The notes: generated from the letters alone by a model not told the origin. 64,000 bases of DNA from Amoebidium appalachense (GCA_963693365.1 CAVNZM010000004.1:8469093-8533092); one strand, 5' to 3'; positions 1-24,669 are shown, counted from the stretch's first letter. Numbers and translations: made by a program.

Positions 1-346
1 AGTTGGCCTGCAGCGCAAACGGCTCGGCCAGGTCGCAGAGGGTGCCCAGAGTGCGGTGCTTGAAGCTGAGGTCCTGGATCTCGGCCTTGATATTGGGCTT
101 GCTGATGAGGAACGCATGCGCCACACTGGCCCCGGGCACAATGACGGCCCCGGCATTGCCCTTAATGACAACGTCCTTTGAGATTTGGATGGAGCTGGCA
201 ATGTTGTGCTCACCGGCAGCAAACACAAACTCATCGCCTGCCGCTGCACTGCCGATCAGTGCCACTGCATCGTCGGTTGTGGCAATGTTGACCGTGGCTG
301 CGGACGCCGCGGAGGCGAACGCAAGGAGCGAGGCGAAGGCTTTCAT
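1..346 (-). CDS. Copy 1 (5' part, runs off the window start) of the unknown ZP-like type I membrane glycoprotein
   Basis: Reverse complement from ATG at 346 reads MKAFASLLAFASAASAATVNIATTDDAVALIGSAAAGDEF...; nearly identical to 2903.. (+) and 24303.. (-). Head-to-head with copy 2. Confidence 0.9.
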   Translation of the reverse strand, partial: MKAFASLLAFASAASAATVNIATTDDAVALIGSAAAGDEFVFAAGEHNIASSIQISKDVVIKGNAGAVIVPGASVAHAFLISKPNIKAEIQDLSFKHRTLGTLCDLAEPFALQAN

Positions 347-478
347 GGCTGCGAGCCGCACTATATGCTAGAGTCCAGACAATTATTCGCAGTAGTATTT
401 CTCACACTTTTTCACAACTGTTAGTCGGTGACGAGTGTGGTGGTCATGTGCGCTAAAGGTTAACTTTATACAACCAAC

Positions 479-489
479 GGAATGCGTGG
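479..489 (-). promoter_or_regulatory. Shared upstream motif CCACGCATTCC (copy 1)
   Basis: ggaatgcgtgg on the + strand, ~135 bp upstream of the copy 1 ATG; the same 11-mer lies upstream of copies 2 and 3. TATA-like TGTATAAAG on the - strand near 463-471. Confidence 0.5.
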
Positions 490-1344
490 AATTTACTTGG
501 TTTGAATATCTGAGTATACATTGCCAAATCTACCTATGATTCCCCATCAATAAGTTGGTTCCTCCCTGATAAAATATATAGAAATAAGAAATATTTAAAA
601 TTTTCTGCTCCAAAAATAGAGCAGTTATAACAAACGAGGAAGAGCGTTTGGGTTTGGAACTTCAGCCTATGCCTCTGCCCAGAGTCAATCAAGCCCCGAG
701 AACTTTCGACGAGTTATTCTGTAAAACGACGCTGATTGGCCAAATCAAACTGATAAAAATTCCTCAGATAAAAATCTATCGAAATGTTAGAATTGGCCAA
801 TGAGCGCTGCGTTTCCATTCGCCTTAGTAACTTACTAAATTGATAGAGTAGTTCAGAGTACTACAATGTAAGTAGACACATGCAAGAAAAATGAGAATAG
901 GATTCGCCGTCAACATCAAGATTAGAGCTTTAAGAGAGATGAAACAATGCGCCAAAAACATAAGGGAACTATTAGCGAAAATGTAGTTCGGAAGGCTGGT
1001 GTAAAGCGGATGTGCTACAGCTACATAGCCTGAGGTATGTGTGATAATAAAATTGCATGCCTTTCCCTGAGTGGCGCGCAGAGTCACAATCGTATAGTGC
1101 GCACTGCGCACTGACATGCAGCCAGAGACAGCGCCAAACCCCTCAAAAAATAGCACAAGACGCCTGGACGGTATAGTCTCGCAAATTCGGAAAAACCATC
1201 AATGGACCATTTTCACAGTGTTCTTCATGTACTCGTTTTCCCCGACGAAAAGGCTGCAAATGACAATCGGTTAGTGCCGCACGTGCATTTGGATTCATTA
1301 ATTTTGCCAGTGAATTCAGTGAATAATCAAGACATCTAAACTAA

Positions 1345-2389
1345 GGGTATGTACATCTATCTGGAATTCTCGGGAAATTTAGGTTCCTTGCGGGAAAGGA
1401 AAGTTGCCGGAAAGATAGGTGAAATTTTGGGAAAGGAGCGAGAAATTTAGCATATCGTGGGATAGATGATCTTGTTTGATCCGAGCGATCTATCTCGGGA
1501 ATTTCGAAAAAAGTAGGCCGGAAAGATCCAAATTGCTCGTGGTCTAGGGGTATGTATGTGGTATATAGGGTATGGTTTACCGGCTTTTGCCCTCTTCCTT
1601 TGGAAGGCACATGATTGGACTGCAAGACTCGTAAACAAACCAAAAAAGGTGGCAGTCTTAACCATGTCCAATGACATTGTTTTCACGAGAGAGGGGCGAT
1701 GGGATTGTTTGTAATCTAATCAAAGTGAGCATAACAAGAGCTTGACTGGCTGTAATTGGCTGGAACAGGTTTTTGGCGGGCCCGCCAGTGCAGCCTAAGC
1801 ACCACTATAAAAAATTTTACTCTTGGAGGGAAACGATTGTAGTGGCTGAAATCGCAAGATTAATGTAATTGGCAGAGCATTCAACCAATGAAAACAAATG
1901 TTTGCAAGCGATTGTTGACACTTTGGAAGGGTATATATGCTGTAACTTGCACTTGACAGAAACACCGTATACGTAGATTTCTACTTGTACTCGAATCTCT
2001 TCAAAATGGCCTCATTCTCTGCTGCAGCTGTCAGCATTACGAAACGTAAAAGTACCACTTCAACTTCTCTGGTGGCCGATCTCATTGCCACTGAGCCCAC
2101 CAACCATGAAGTGTGTGCGCGTGTGCGCGTGTGTGCCTGTGTACACTTTGTGCGGGTGCGTGTGTATATGTGTTTATGGCGAGAAATGTCGAAAGAAATT
2201 TAGGTAGCTTTCGAGAAAGACGGGAAATTTCTTGGAAAGATAGGTACCTGGTGGGAAAGATTTTGGGAAAGATAGGTTCATTTTTCAAGAATTTCCGGGA
2301 AAGGATCTAGGAAAGTTAGGTCGATTTTGGGAAAGATTGGGAAAAATCTAAAAGAAAGACAGGCTTTATTTAGATAGATTTACATACCC
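1345..2389. mobile_element. Non-autonomous TIR DNA transposon (Kolobok-like, TTAA-type target) in the divergent promoter region
   Basis: Termini gggtatgtacatctatct (1345) and agatagatttacataccc (ends 2389), one mismatch; flanked by CTAA and TTAA; subterminal GGGAAAGAT-like repeats at both ends; no transposase ORF. Confidence 0.65.
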
Positions 2390-2734
2390 TTAATCCAAAC
2401 ATTTGAATAATGTGCCGTAAACCAATGTGATTGGTTGTGTTTATCGGAGATGGCATTTCTTTATCTTCCATTTGTGAAAAACTTTGTGGGAAAAAACAAT
2501 AATATTGGCAATATAAGGAATCAAATGTAAGACCTATGCTTTGAAAACCGTCATAAAAGCCCGTTGAGGTTTTCCTCCCTAATTTTATACTAAGTTTAAT
2601 GCTGAAAGGCTTCAGTGAAAGCATCAACGCCTCTGGCTGCACTCATTGGTATGTGAGATCATATATGTGGGCGTGGCACGGCTAAGTATACCCTTTGTAC
2701 TCAGGTCCGTGAGTGTTACTGACCCCACCTGACC

Positions 2735-2745
2735 CCACGCATTCC
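2735..2745 (+). promoter_or_regulatory. Shared upstream motif CCACGCATTCC (copy 2)
   Basis: Exact 11-mer ~160 bp upstream of ATG 2903, followed by CATAAAA. Confidence 0.5.
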
Positions 2746-2902
2746 TGAAAACCCATAAAAACACGCTACACACTCCCAAACTGCATCACTCAGTCGCTGA
2801 GCCGGTGATAGAGTTTACCTGAACAATTTTGTGAAATAGACTTCGCTAAACACCTGGAATCCCAACTACTAGACAGCACTGTAGCTAAAGTACGGTGCAA
2901 CC

Positions 2903-4807
2903 ATGAAAGCCTTCGCCTCCCTCCTTGCGTTCGCCTCCGCGGCGTCCGCAGCCACGGTCAACATTGCAACAACCGACGATGCAGTGGCACTGATCGGCAG
3001 TGCAGCGGCAGGCGATGAGTTTGTGTTTGCTGCCGGTGAGCACAACATTGCCAGCTCCATCCAAATCTCAAAGGACGTTGTCATCAAGGGCAATGCCGGG
3101 GCCGTCATTGTGCCCGGGGCCAGTGTGGCGCATGCGTTCCTCATCAGCAAGCCCAACATCAAGGCCGAGATCCAGGACCTCAGCTTCAAGCACCGCACGC
3201 TGGGCACCCTCTGCAACTTGGCCGAGCCGTTTGCGCTGCAGGCCAACTTCTCGCTGGCCATCCGCAACCCCCGCATCCAAAACAACAAGGTCATGCTCGA
3301 GGCCGACCTCGGCTACTGGTACAACACCCGCTACGTCACGGACGTGTCGTTTGCCGACTGCACGTACCTGACCGATGGCCCCACGGCCACCACGCCCAAG
3401 ATGTCCGGCTACAACTGGGTGCTGTACGGTGACACGTGCTCGGCGTCCGTGTTCTTCGATGTGGCCTTCGACAAGCTCGGCAACTGCAATGTTGCCGTGG
3501 ACAAGGTGTCGGACCCCAAGTTCGTCAAGTACCTTGCGGATGTGGAGGCCATGATGAAGGAGTATGTGGACAAGATCAGTCTCACCAAGAACCTGCGTGT
3601 GCCCGTGACGCGTGACGGCAATGCCATTGCCAAGCTGCGTGTGCAGATCAACCGCGAGGGCACGGTGTCGGCCACCATCACCGTCAACTACCCCCAGGCC
3701 GACCTGCAGGCCGTCATCACCAAGCTGGGCGTCAAGGAGGTCGACGGCGTCAACACGTCGTCCATCATCATCACCGTCAACTTGCCGGCCCCCTACACCA
3801 TTGCGGGCGGGGCCAATGGCTCGCTCACGATGACCAACATGAACATCCCCACGTCCAATGCCAGCAACTGGGTGCTGGGTGCGGGCTGCAACAATCTGGC
3901 CGTCAACGAGATCTGCAACAGCACCATCGAGTTCAACATCACCAGCTGCGACCTGACGGGCCAGTACAAGGCCCTCAACGTGCCCATTGGCTGCCAGGCA
4001 AGCAGCGTTGCTGCAGGCACCTGCCCCAACATGCTGTCCAACTTTGCCGACATCGAGTTCTTCATCAGCACCAACAACTTCTGCAATGTCACCGAGTTCA
4101 ACCTCTCGGCCCTGTTCACCCTCGATGTTGTTCTCCGTGAGGACACCACCTACGCCACCAACCGCCCCACGTCCGTCTTCGACCTCGGCGCCACTTCCTA
4201 TTGGTCCATCCGCATTTGGACCAACGCCACGGGTGTGGGTCTGTCCGATGCTGACGTCACGGCCTTCACCCGCACGTCCGATGGCGACTGCACACCGTAC
4301 ACCGCGCCGTACGGGGACATCAGCACGCTCACGCAGGCATTTGTCAACACCGTGCAGCCCAACGAGATCCAGATGCCCATCCCCGTCACGGCTGCGCTGA
4401 CCTGTGCCGCCGCCACCACCAGCAGCAACAACATCACGCTCACGTGGACCGTGCTTGTCGACTATCTTGACGGCTCGCAGCGCCGCCGCCGCCGTGACGT
4501 GCAGTATGTGCGCCGTAACTCCGGGGAGCTGACCACGCAGGGAGGGTTCGGTGCCAAGTACACGGCATCCGACCTTGCTGCGGCCAACCAGCCGGCCGGT
4601 GCCGCATCCAACTCCGGCAGCAACATGACGATCATTATTGCCGCCGTGGTGGCCGTGCTGCTGGTCTGCTGCTGCTGCTGCTGCGCCGGTGTCGGCTTCT
4701 TCCTGTGGCGCCGCAAGCAGAAGCAGCAGGAGAAGGAGGCTGTTTTCAGCCAACCGACGTTTTCCTCTCAGGTCAACATCATGCCTATGAACAAGTCCCA
4801 CATGTAA
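2903..4807 (+). CDS. Copy 2: intronless 634-aa type I membrane glycoprotein (signal peptide, beta-helix-like N-terminus, ZP-like ectodomain, RRRRR furin-type site, TM with Cys6, short tail ending SHM)
   Basis: Long ORF with strong C/G third-position bias; hydrophobic N-terminus; ~11 ectodomain N-x-S/T sequons; SQRRRRRD; TM IIIAAVVAVLLVCCCCCCAGVGFFLW followed by RRKQK. Domain calls are by eye. Confidence 0.9.
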   Translation: MKAFASLLAFASAASAATVNIATTDDAVALIGSAAAGDEFVFAAGEHNIASSIQISKDVVIKGNAGAVIVPGASVAHAFLISKPNIKAEIQDLSFKHRTLGTLCNLAEPFALQANFSLAIRNPRIQNNKVMLEADLGYWYNTRYVTDVSFADCTYLTDGPTATTPKMSGYNWVLYGDTCSASVFFDVAFDKLGNCNVAVDKVSDPKFVKYLADVEAMMKEYVDKISLTKNLRVPVTRDGNAIAKLRVQINREGTVSATITVNYPQADLQAVITKLGVKEVDGVNTSSIIITVNLPAPYTIAGGANGSLTMTNMNIPTSNASNWVLGAGCNNLAVNEICNSTIEFNITSCDLTGQYKALNVPIGCQASSVAAGTCPNMLSNFADIEFFISTNNFCNVTEFNLSALFTLDVVLREDTTYATNRPTSVFDLGATSYWSIRIWTNATGVGLSDADVTAFTRTSDGDCTPYTAPYGDISTLTQAFVNTVQPNEIQMPIPVTAALTCAAATTSSNNITLTWTVLVDYLDGSQRRRRRDVQYVRRNSGELTTQGGFGAKYTASDLAAANQPAGAASNSGSNMTIIIAAVVAVLLVCCCCCCAGVGFFLWRRKQKQQEKEAVFSQPTFSSQVNIMPMNKSHM

Positions 4808-5127
4808 AAGGGCTCTGGGTGGTTTGGTAGACTCCTCGTTGTTTTGTTGAATGCTGTACTCGTATGTGACCCACGCAACTAGCACCTGAATGTGTACTGT
4901 ACGCGCATAATTTAAAAAATGAACATGGACTTACAAAAGATGTTGGGCACTGTGTGCCCTAGCAAAAATCTGTGATTGAATGGCTTTCTCGACAATGGCA
5001 ATAAACAAAAATACCTGGCGTAGTATGTGATGTCGTCTTGTGTGCCCCATCCCCCCTTCCCCATCCAACAACCACCACCACCCGCACGCCGTTCTCCTCA
5101 AAACTTACACACGCGCATATCTTGCCA

Positions 5128-5465
5128 CGCACGATTTTTTGCATATCTTGCACAATCTTGCTTACTAATTCAATAGTTCGCAAACTATCGTGATACTTGC
5201 GCATATCTTGCCATGCAGATTTTTTTTTGCTTATCTTGCACAATCTTGTTTACTATTAGCGCAAAATACCACTACTTGGATAGAATACCTTGCCATGCAC
5301 GATTTTTTGCATATCTTGCACAATCTTGCTTACTAATTCAATGGTTCGCAAACTATCGTGATACTTGCGCATATCTTGCCACGCAGATTTTTTTTGCATA
5401 TCTTGCACAATCTTGTTTACTATTAGCGCAAAATACCACTACTTGGATAAAATGCCACTACTTCA
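5128..5465. repeat. Tandem duplication of a ~170-bp unit with internal TATCTTGCACAATCTTG subrepeats
   Basis: gcacgattttttgcatatcttgcacaatcttgcttactaattcaat...caaaataccactacttggata occurs twice in tandem. Confidence 0.8.
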
Positions 5466-6432
5466 ATAATTCGCAAGCAATCGTGATACTCGCACGCGAA
5501 TCGCGATTAATAGTATGTTTGTTTTTGCAAAACTGTGAGAACTGCTTGCCTCCTATGTGAACTGGAAAAAAGTAGGAATATGGCACAACATCAGTTAACC
5601 ATATACTGGTGCAATTACCTGATATGCCAGTGGCGAGGGTTGGGGGGTGGGTGGGTGGTGGGGGTTGGGGGGAGACGGGGAGGGGGTGGTGGCGGTGGTG
5701 GTCGTCGTGGTTTTTCGAGGGGGGAGGGGGGGGCGGGGGAGGGAGGAGGGACAAGGGGAAGGGGGGGGCGAGGGGAGGGGAGGGAGGGTATCAGGAGCCG
5801 TGATTTGATTGGTCAACACCTTCAACCGCTGAAACATTTAGATTTATATTAACTTGTGAGGAGACTGATCGATCATTGTTTCCTGCAATTGTGATTAAAT
5901 TCGAAATTATACCAGAAAGGGTTAGGTCAAATAAGCGGTCCCCAATTAATCTTCCATGGCCCGTAGATACAATTGCATATATTGGGTACCGGTGAGCAGT
6001 CATGATGCCAAACACGCTGGAAAGCGGCGACTAGGAGACCTCGCACGGGAAACTTTGGCAAACGGGGTGGAGAGGGGAGGAACCTGGGCAAGAGGAGGAA
6101 GAAAACTGCACGCATGCAACATTGTGATAAACGACTTTTATTTTTATTCCGCCTTAAAACCGTGTACACGGCACGACGTGTTTTCGCTCACAGTCTTTTT
6201 GTTCATTCTTTACGGGTGTTCTGAAAGCGGTGATTGAAAGCCATCATTCATCAGAATATATCTTTGCTTCGTACATTTCAAAGAGTAACTTGCACGTCCA
6301 CTTGTGGAATCATTCTTGAGTGCGCATACCATGTTTGTGTGTGTGTGAATCATTCTTGAGTGGGCATACCATGTTTGTGTGTGTGTGTGCGCGCGCGCGT
6401 GTGCGTGTACGGGTGTGTGTGAGTGAGCCAGC

Positions 6433-6503
<71 letters not shown>

Positions 6504-6511
6504 TGTTTGTG

Positions 6512-6591
<80 letters not shown>

Positions 6592-7055
6592 CATGAACCA
6601 GTCATGAAACCACGATCTCATAACATCAACTACAAACATGCACCCCTAAATGTTGTCGGGTCCTTCGAATCTCACACCTCTGATACTCACAAGCGAACTT
6701 GCTTTCATGCAACGGGTCATTCGAAATGAATAAGACAAACAACAAAGAATCGCGAAGATTCGAAAGGTGAAGGTACAAGATTTGCTAATTGGACACGGTT
6801 TGAGAGTTAGAGAATAAGAGGGCATATGGAGGGAGAACGGAAAGTGGAAAAGGATGTGAACCACGGGCTCAGGGGGGAGGGGGGGGAGGGGGAGGGGAGG
6901 GGAGGGAAGAGAGATAGAGGGGGGGGAGGGGGCGGGGAGGGGGAGAAAGCGAGGGAGAGAGAGAGGTGGAGGGAGGGAGGGAGGGAGAGAAAGGGAGAAA
7001 GAGGCCGGGGGGAGGGGGCGGATGGGGGGGGGGGGGGGGGGGGGGGGGGCAGGGA

Positions 7056-19511
<12,456 letters not shown>

Positions 19512-19735
19512 CTATGTGCAGAAAATCCTTCGTTTATGATGCAGCTTGTTGGTTGTCAAAATCAAGCTACCGCAGACGCCAATGTCTCTTTCCCTCCCTC
19601 TTGCTTTGTTCCTGCTTACTCCCTCATTCTCTTCTCCATCTGAACCCACCTCTCTCTCTATCTCTCTCCTTCTCCCTTCCTCCCTCCCCTCCCTCCCTCT
19701 CATGCTCTCCCTCCCTCCTCTCTCTCTCTCTCCCT

Positions 19736-19788
<53 letters not shown>

Positions 19789-19864
19789 CCCCCCCCCCCC
19801 CCCCCCCCCCTCCCTGTTCCCCTAGCTCCCTCCCTCTTTCCCTATGCACCCCCCTTCCCCTCCA

Positions 19865-19976
<112 letters not shown>

Positions 19977-20926
19977 GCACACATTTGCACACATGCACAC
20001 ACATCCTCTTCTCCTTTGTTTTCTCGATTAGAACAATTGATCGCTCAGGATGTTATCCCACCTCCCACCTCCCCCCTCCCCTCCCCCCCTCCCTCCCCCC
20101 TCCCCCCCCCCACCACCACCACCGCCCAGGGCCGCCTCTCACCGTCTCTCCTTCCACCCCCCTTGTTTTTCCGCAGTGATAAGATCTCACAGACCTTAAG
20201 AAGAAAGCTAGGGTATCAAATAAACTCACCTTTGAGCAAGATCCAGCAGTCGCAACAACCGTTCCTTTAAGACTTCGTCCCCAAACCTTTTCACCGTAGG
20301 GGAACCTTTTGCTCGGGGCATTCTTTCTCTTGCACTCCACACTCTAAGAAAAGATGGGGTGGGGGAGGGGAAGGGGGAAGGGGGGGGAGGGGGGAGGGGG
20401 GGGGGAGGGGGGGGGGGGGGGGACGGGGGGAGAGAGGGAGGGAGGGAGGGAGGGAGAAGATGATAAAGACGATGCGGAATAAATAAAGCACAGGGTTTAA
20501 CTTGACAAAAGACAGATTGCTCAATGGGGGTTTCGCAACTTGTTACAACGTATAAGAAGCTTTTAATAAAGATCAGGTCATATAACTTGGAGCGATTTTG
20601 TGTTGGGCATGGGCATGCTGGACCGAGTTCCAGGTCTTCTGTTCCGTCTTGGCGCAAGCCTTTCTTCGGAGCGGTGGCAGGCCCGCAAGCCTCGGGGAAA
20701 GTAGATCTAAATCTGGCCAACACGAGTATCATTTCAGATATCTCGGAATCATGATCAAAGGGAAAAAAAAAAAAAAAAAAAAAAAAAAAGAGAGAAGAAA
20801 AGAAAAGAGAAGAATGCGAAATGTAAATATAAAGAGGAGAACAGGACAGGACATCTTCTCCCCCCCCCCCCCCCCCCCCCCCCTCCTCCCCCCTCCCCTC
20901 ACCCCGCCCCTCTCTCTCTCTCCGAG

Positions 20927-21012
<86 letters not shown>

Positions 21013-21188
21013 CCCCTCCCCTCCCTCCCCCTCCCCCTTCCCCCGACGTTCCCCGGAAAGGGGCCCCTGCCCCGGCCCCCCATCTGGCCAAAACGAAATA
21101 TTTCAGATATGTCACTCACAATAATAATAATAACAATAAAAAAGAAGACGAAGAACAGGACAGGACATTCCCCCCCTCCCCCCCCAAC

Positions 21189-21224
<36 letters not shown>

Positions 21225-22368
21225 TTGACCATACCTCTCCTATCCATAGATCTCTATCCAGTATCATCTAGAGAGACGGGGGTTTGGGGGGGCTCCCCTG
21301 ATCATAGTACATCCACAACGGTGCCTGCCGTAATTAGCTCATTCCGGAGTGTCCGGAGCGCCCCCTTACCCTCCTCCCTCCGGCACACCACCGCCATGTG
21401 CGTGTCTGAAACAATGTTTCCCCTAGACCAGGCCAATGTGTGTTTGTGTGTGTGCGTGTGTGTGCATGCGTGTGCATCTGTCGCCGTGCCCAGGCTGGAC
21501 CATGTGGCCACAGGCCTGTCATAGTGTCCGTGTGTGCGTGTGTATGCAGTTTTGCAACACAACATCCTGAGCAGTGTAGACACCTTATATCTTGACAACG
21601 TGCTAGAGTGTGTGTACCAGCGTGTGCTCTATTTACCCTGGACCATTGGACCGAAGCGCCTGTTTCTCTGGGTGGGTGTGTGTGTGTCAAGGCCTCCAAT
21701 ATACCATGTTGGTATACCATGTTGGTATATAGGAGGCCTTGCCAACGGTGTGTGTGCACGGTCTGTGTGCGGTGTCTTGAAGTGGTGTTCCACGTGCCAT
21801 GGTCGTAGACCACAGTTGCACACAGGTGCGTGCTGTTTGCAAGTTGCGAACGTGCGCATGCATGTATGTGGGTGCGACCGTGAGCATGTGTTGACTTACT
21901 ATGCAGCGCAAAATCTGCTGCATACTCCGTGCATGCATGCATATACCCATACAGGGCTGCTAACACGGCGAGTGCAAACAGGAGAAATGTGCTGCGTGTG
22001 CATGCAGGCATGTGCTTCGTATGTGGTGTTGTTATTGCCTTGTGTTGTGTTGTGTTTATTGCGTGTGCATGCACGAGTAATGGGACTGGATGGGTGTTGT
22101 TATTGCCTTGTGTTGTGTTTGTTGCGTGTGCATGCACGAGTAAGCCTTGTGTTGTGTTTGTTGCGTGTGCATGCACGAGTAATGGGACATGGATGGGTTG
22201 CAGGCAGGTTGGTGTTTCAATCAAGATGGATTTGCGGTACAAGCTCACGACATCAAGCCGCAGGCCATGTATTGAGTTTCTTTAGCCGTCAGATTCAGAC
22301 TGCTGTTACATTCGTATATTCGCACTGCGTGTTCAGGGCACTTAAACTACTACTATAAATAAAACCGT

Positions 22369-24303
22369 TTACAAGTGGGACTTGCGCATCATATCGAATG
22401 TGCTTGCGCTCTGGCCAGGCATGATGTTGACGTTGGAGGTCCCGAACGTCGGTTGGCTGAAGGAAGCCTCCTTCTCCTGCTGCTTCTTGTTGCGGCGCCA
22501 CAGGAAGAAGCCGACACCGGCGCAGCAGCAGCAGCAGCAGACCAGCAGCACAGCCACCACGGCGGCAATAATGATCGTCATGTTGCTGCCGGAGCTGGTG
22601 GCAGCACCAGCCGGCTGGTTGGCCGCCGCAAGGTCGGATGCCGTGTACTTGGCACCGAACCCGCCCTGTGTGGTCAGCTCCCCAGAGTTACGGCGCACAT
22701 ACTGCACGTCACGGCGGCGGCGGCGCTGCGAGCCGTCAAGGTAGTCGACAAGCACGGTCCACGTGAGAGTGATGTTGTTGCTGCTGGTGGTGGCGGCGGC
22801 ACAGGTCAGCGCAGCCGTGACGGGGATGGGCATCTGGATCTCGTTGGGCTGCACGGTGTTGACAAATGCCTGCGTGAGCGTGCTGATGTCCCCGTACGGC
22901 GCGGTGTACGGTGTGCAGTCGCCATCGGACGTGCGGGTGAAGGCCGTGACGTCAGCATCGGACAGACCCACACCAGTGGCATTGGTCCAAATGCGGATGG
23001 ACCAATAGGAAGTGGCGCCGAGGTCGAAGACGGACGTGGGGCGGTTGGTGGCATAGGTGGTGTCCTCGCGGAGAACAACATCGAGGGTGAAGAGGGCCGA
23101 GAGGTTGAACTCGGTGACATTGCAGAAGTTGTTGGTGCTGATGAAGAACTCGATGTCGGCAAAGTTGGACAGCATGTTGGGGCAGGTGCCTGCAGCAACG
23201 CTGCTTGCCTGGCAGCCAATGGGCACGTTGAGGGCCTTGTACTGGCCCGTCAGGTCGCAGCTGGTGATGTTGAACTCGATGGTGCTGTTGCAGATCTCGT
23301 TGACGGCCAGATTGTTGCAGCCCGCACCCAGCACCCAGTTGCTGGCATTGGACGAGGGGATGTTCATGTTAGTCATCGTGAGTGAGCCATTGGCCCCGCC
23401 CGCAATGGTGTAGGGGGCCGGCAAGTTGACGGTGATGATGATGGACGACGTGTTGACGCCGTCGACCTCCTTGACGCCCAGCTTGGTGATGACGGCCTGC
23501 AGGTCGGCCTGGGGGTAGTTGACGGTGATGGTGGCCGACACCGTGCCCTCGCGGTTGATCTGCACACGCAGCTTGGCAATGGCATTGCCGTCACGCGTCA
23601 CGGGCACACGCAGGTTCTTGGTGAGACTGATCTTGTCCACATACTCCTTCATCATGGCCTCCACATCCGCAAGGTACTTGACGAACTTGGGGTCCGACAC
23701 CTTGTCCACGGCAACATTGCAGTTGCCGAGCTTGTCGAAGGCCACATCGAAGAACACGGACGCCGAGCACGTGTCACCGTACAGCACCCAGTTGTAGCCG
23801 GACATCTTGGGCGTGGTGGCCGTGGGGCCATCGGTCAGGTACGTGCAGTCGGCAAACGACACGTCCGTGACGTAGCGGGTATTGTACCAGTAGCCGAGGT
23901 CGGCCTCGAGCATGACCTTGTTGTTTTGGATGCGGGGGTTGCGGATGGCCAGCGAGAAGTTGGCCTGCAGCGCAAACGGCTCGGCCAGGTCGCAGAGGGT
24001 GCCCAGAGTGCGGTGCTTGAAGCTGAGGTCCTGGATCTCGGCCTTGATATTGGGCTTGCTGATGAGGAACGCATGCGCCACACTGGCCCCGGGCACAATG
24101 ACGGCCCCGGCATTGCCCTTAATGACAACGTCCTTTGAGATTTGGATGGAGCTGGCAATGTTGTGCTCACCGGTAGCAAACACAAACTCATCGCCTGCCG
24201 ATGCATTGCCGATCAGTGCCACTGCATCGTCGGTTGTGGCAATGTTGACCGTAGCTGCGGATGCCGCGGAGGCGAACGCAAGGAGGGAGGCGAACGCCTT
24301 CAT
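22369..24303 (-). CDS. Copy 3: intronless 644-aa paralog of the ZP-like membrane glycoprotein, longer cytoplasmic tail ending SHL
   Basis: Ectodomain differs from copy 2 by only a handful of residues; the tail diverges (FGTSNVNIMPGQSASTFDMMRKSHL); AATAAA on the - strand is not obvious. Confidence 0.9.
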   Translation of the reverse strand: MKAFASLLAFASAASAATVNIATTDDAVALIGNASAGDEFVFATGEHNIASSIQISKDVVIKGNAGAVIVPGASVAHAFLISKPNIKAEIQDLSFKHRTLGTLCDLAEPFALQANFSLAIRNPRIQNNKVMLEADLGYWYNTRYVTDVSFADCTYLTDGPTATTPKMSGYNWVLYGDTCSASVFFDVAFDKLGNCNVAVDKVSDPKFVKYLADVEAMMKEYVDKISLTKNLRVPVTRDGNAIAKLRVQINREGTVSATITVNYPQADLQAVITKLGVKEVDGVNTSSIIITVNLPAPYTIAGGANGSLTMTNMNIPSSNASNWVLGAGCNNLAVNEICNSTIEFNITSCDLTGQYKALNVPIGCQASSVAAGTCPNMLSNFADIEFFISTNNFCNVTEFNLSALFTLDVVLREDTTYATNRPTSVFDLGATSYWSIRIWTNATGVGLSDADVTAFTRTSDGDCTPYTAPYGDISTLTQAFVNTVQPNEIQMPIPVTAALTCAAATTSSNNITLTWTVLVDYLDGSQRRRRRDVQYVRRNSGELTTQGGFGAKYTASDLAAANQPAGAATSSGSNMTIIIAAVVAVLLVCCCCCCAGVGFFLWRRNKKQQEKEASFSQPTFGTSNVNIMPGQSASTFDMMRKSHL

Positions 24304-24658
24304 TGTGGTATTAGCTGTATATGTGCGCTATCCTTTTCTGTAGTGAGATACTTTGTGGAGTTACAGTGCCTGAATTCTACCGTATACGGCAACTGTTGCG
24401 GCAATGAGGTTGTGGTGGATTTTATAGGTCTAACTTTGTCCCCTCAAACTCCCCTATGGCAGTGGATTGACGGCGTGGGTGAAGTATTTCGGTTAACTTT
24501 GAAAGTTCAGCGAAATGCGAAACCAAGGATTTGAAAGTTGGGCTTTTACTATCATATAGCCTATGAAATTGGGGTCATCAAATGAACAATTACAACGTTT
24601 CTAGAAATTGGCGTGATCCGAATTGTTGTGTTCGTTGGAGACAAGTACTTATTATCAC

Positions 24659-24669
24659 CCACGCATTCC
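24659..24669 (+). promoter_or_regulatory. Shared upstream motif CCACGCATTCC (copy 3, inverted relative to the gene)
   Basis: Exact 11-mer ~355 bp upstream of ATG 24303, followed by a second CATTCC. Confidence 0.45.

Noticed and set aside
3068-4885. 605-aa antisense ORF (and 22375-23385 on +)
   Set aside because: Shadow of the strongly codon-biased sense gene; it is broken by a stop in the paralog.
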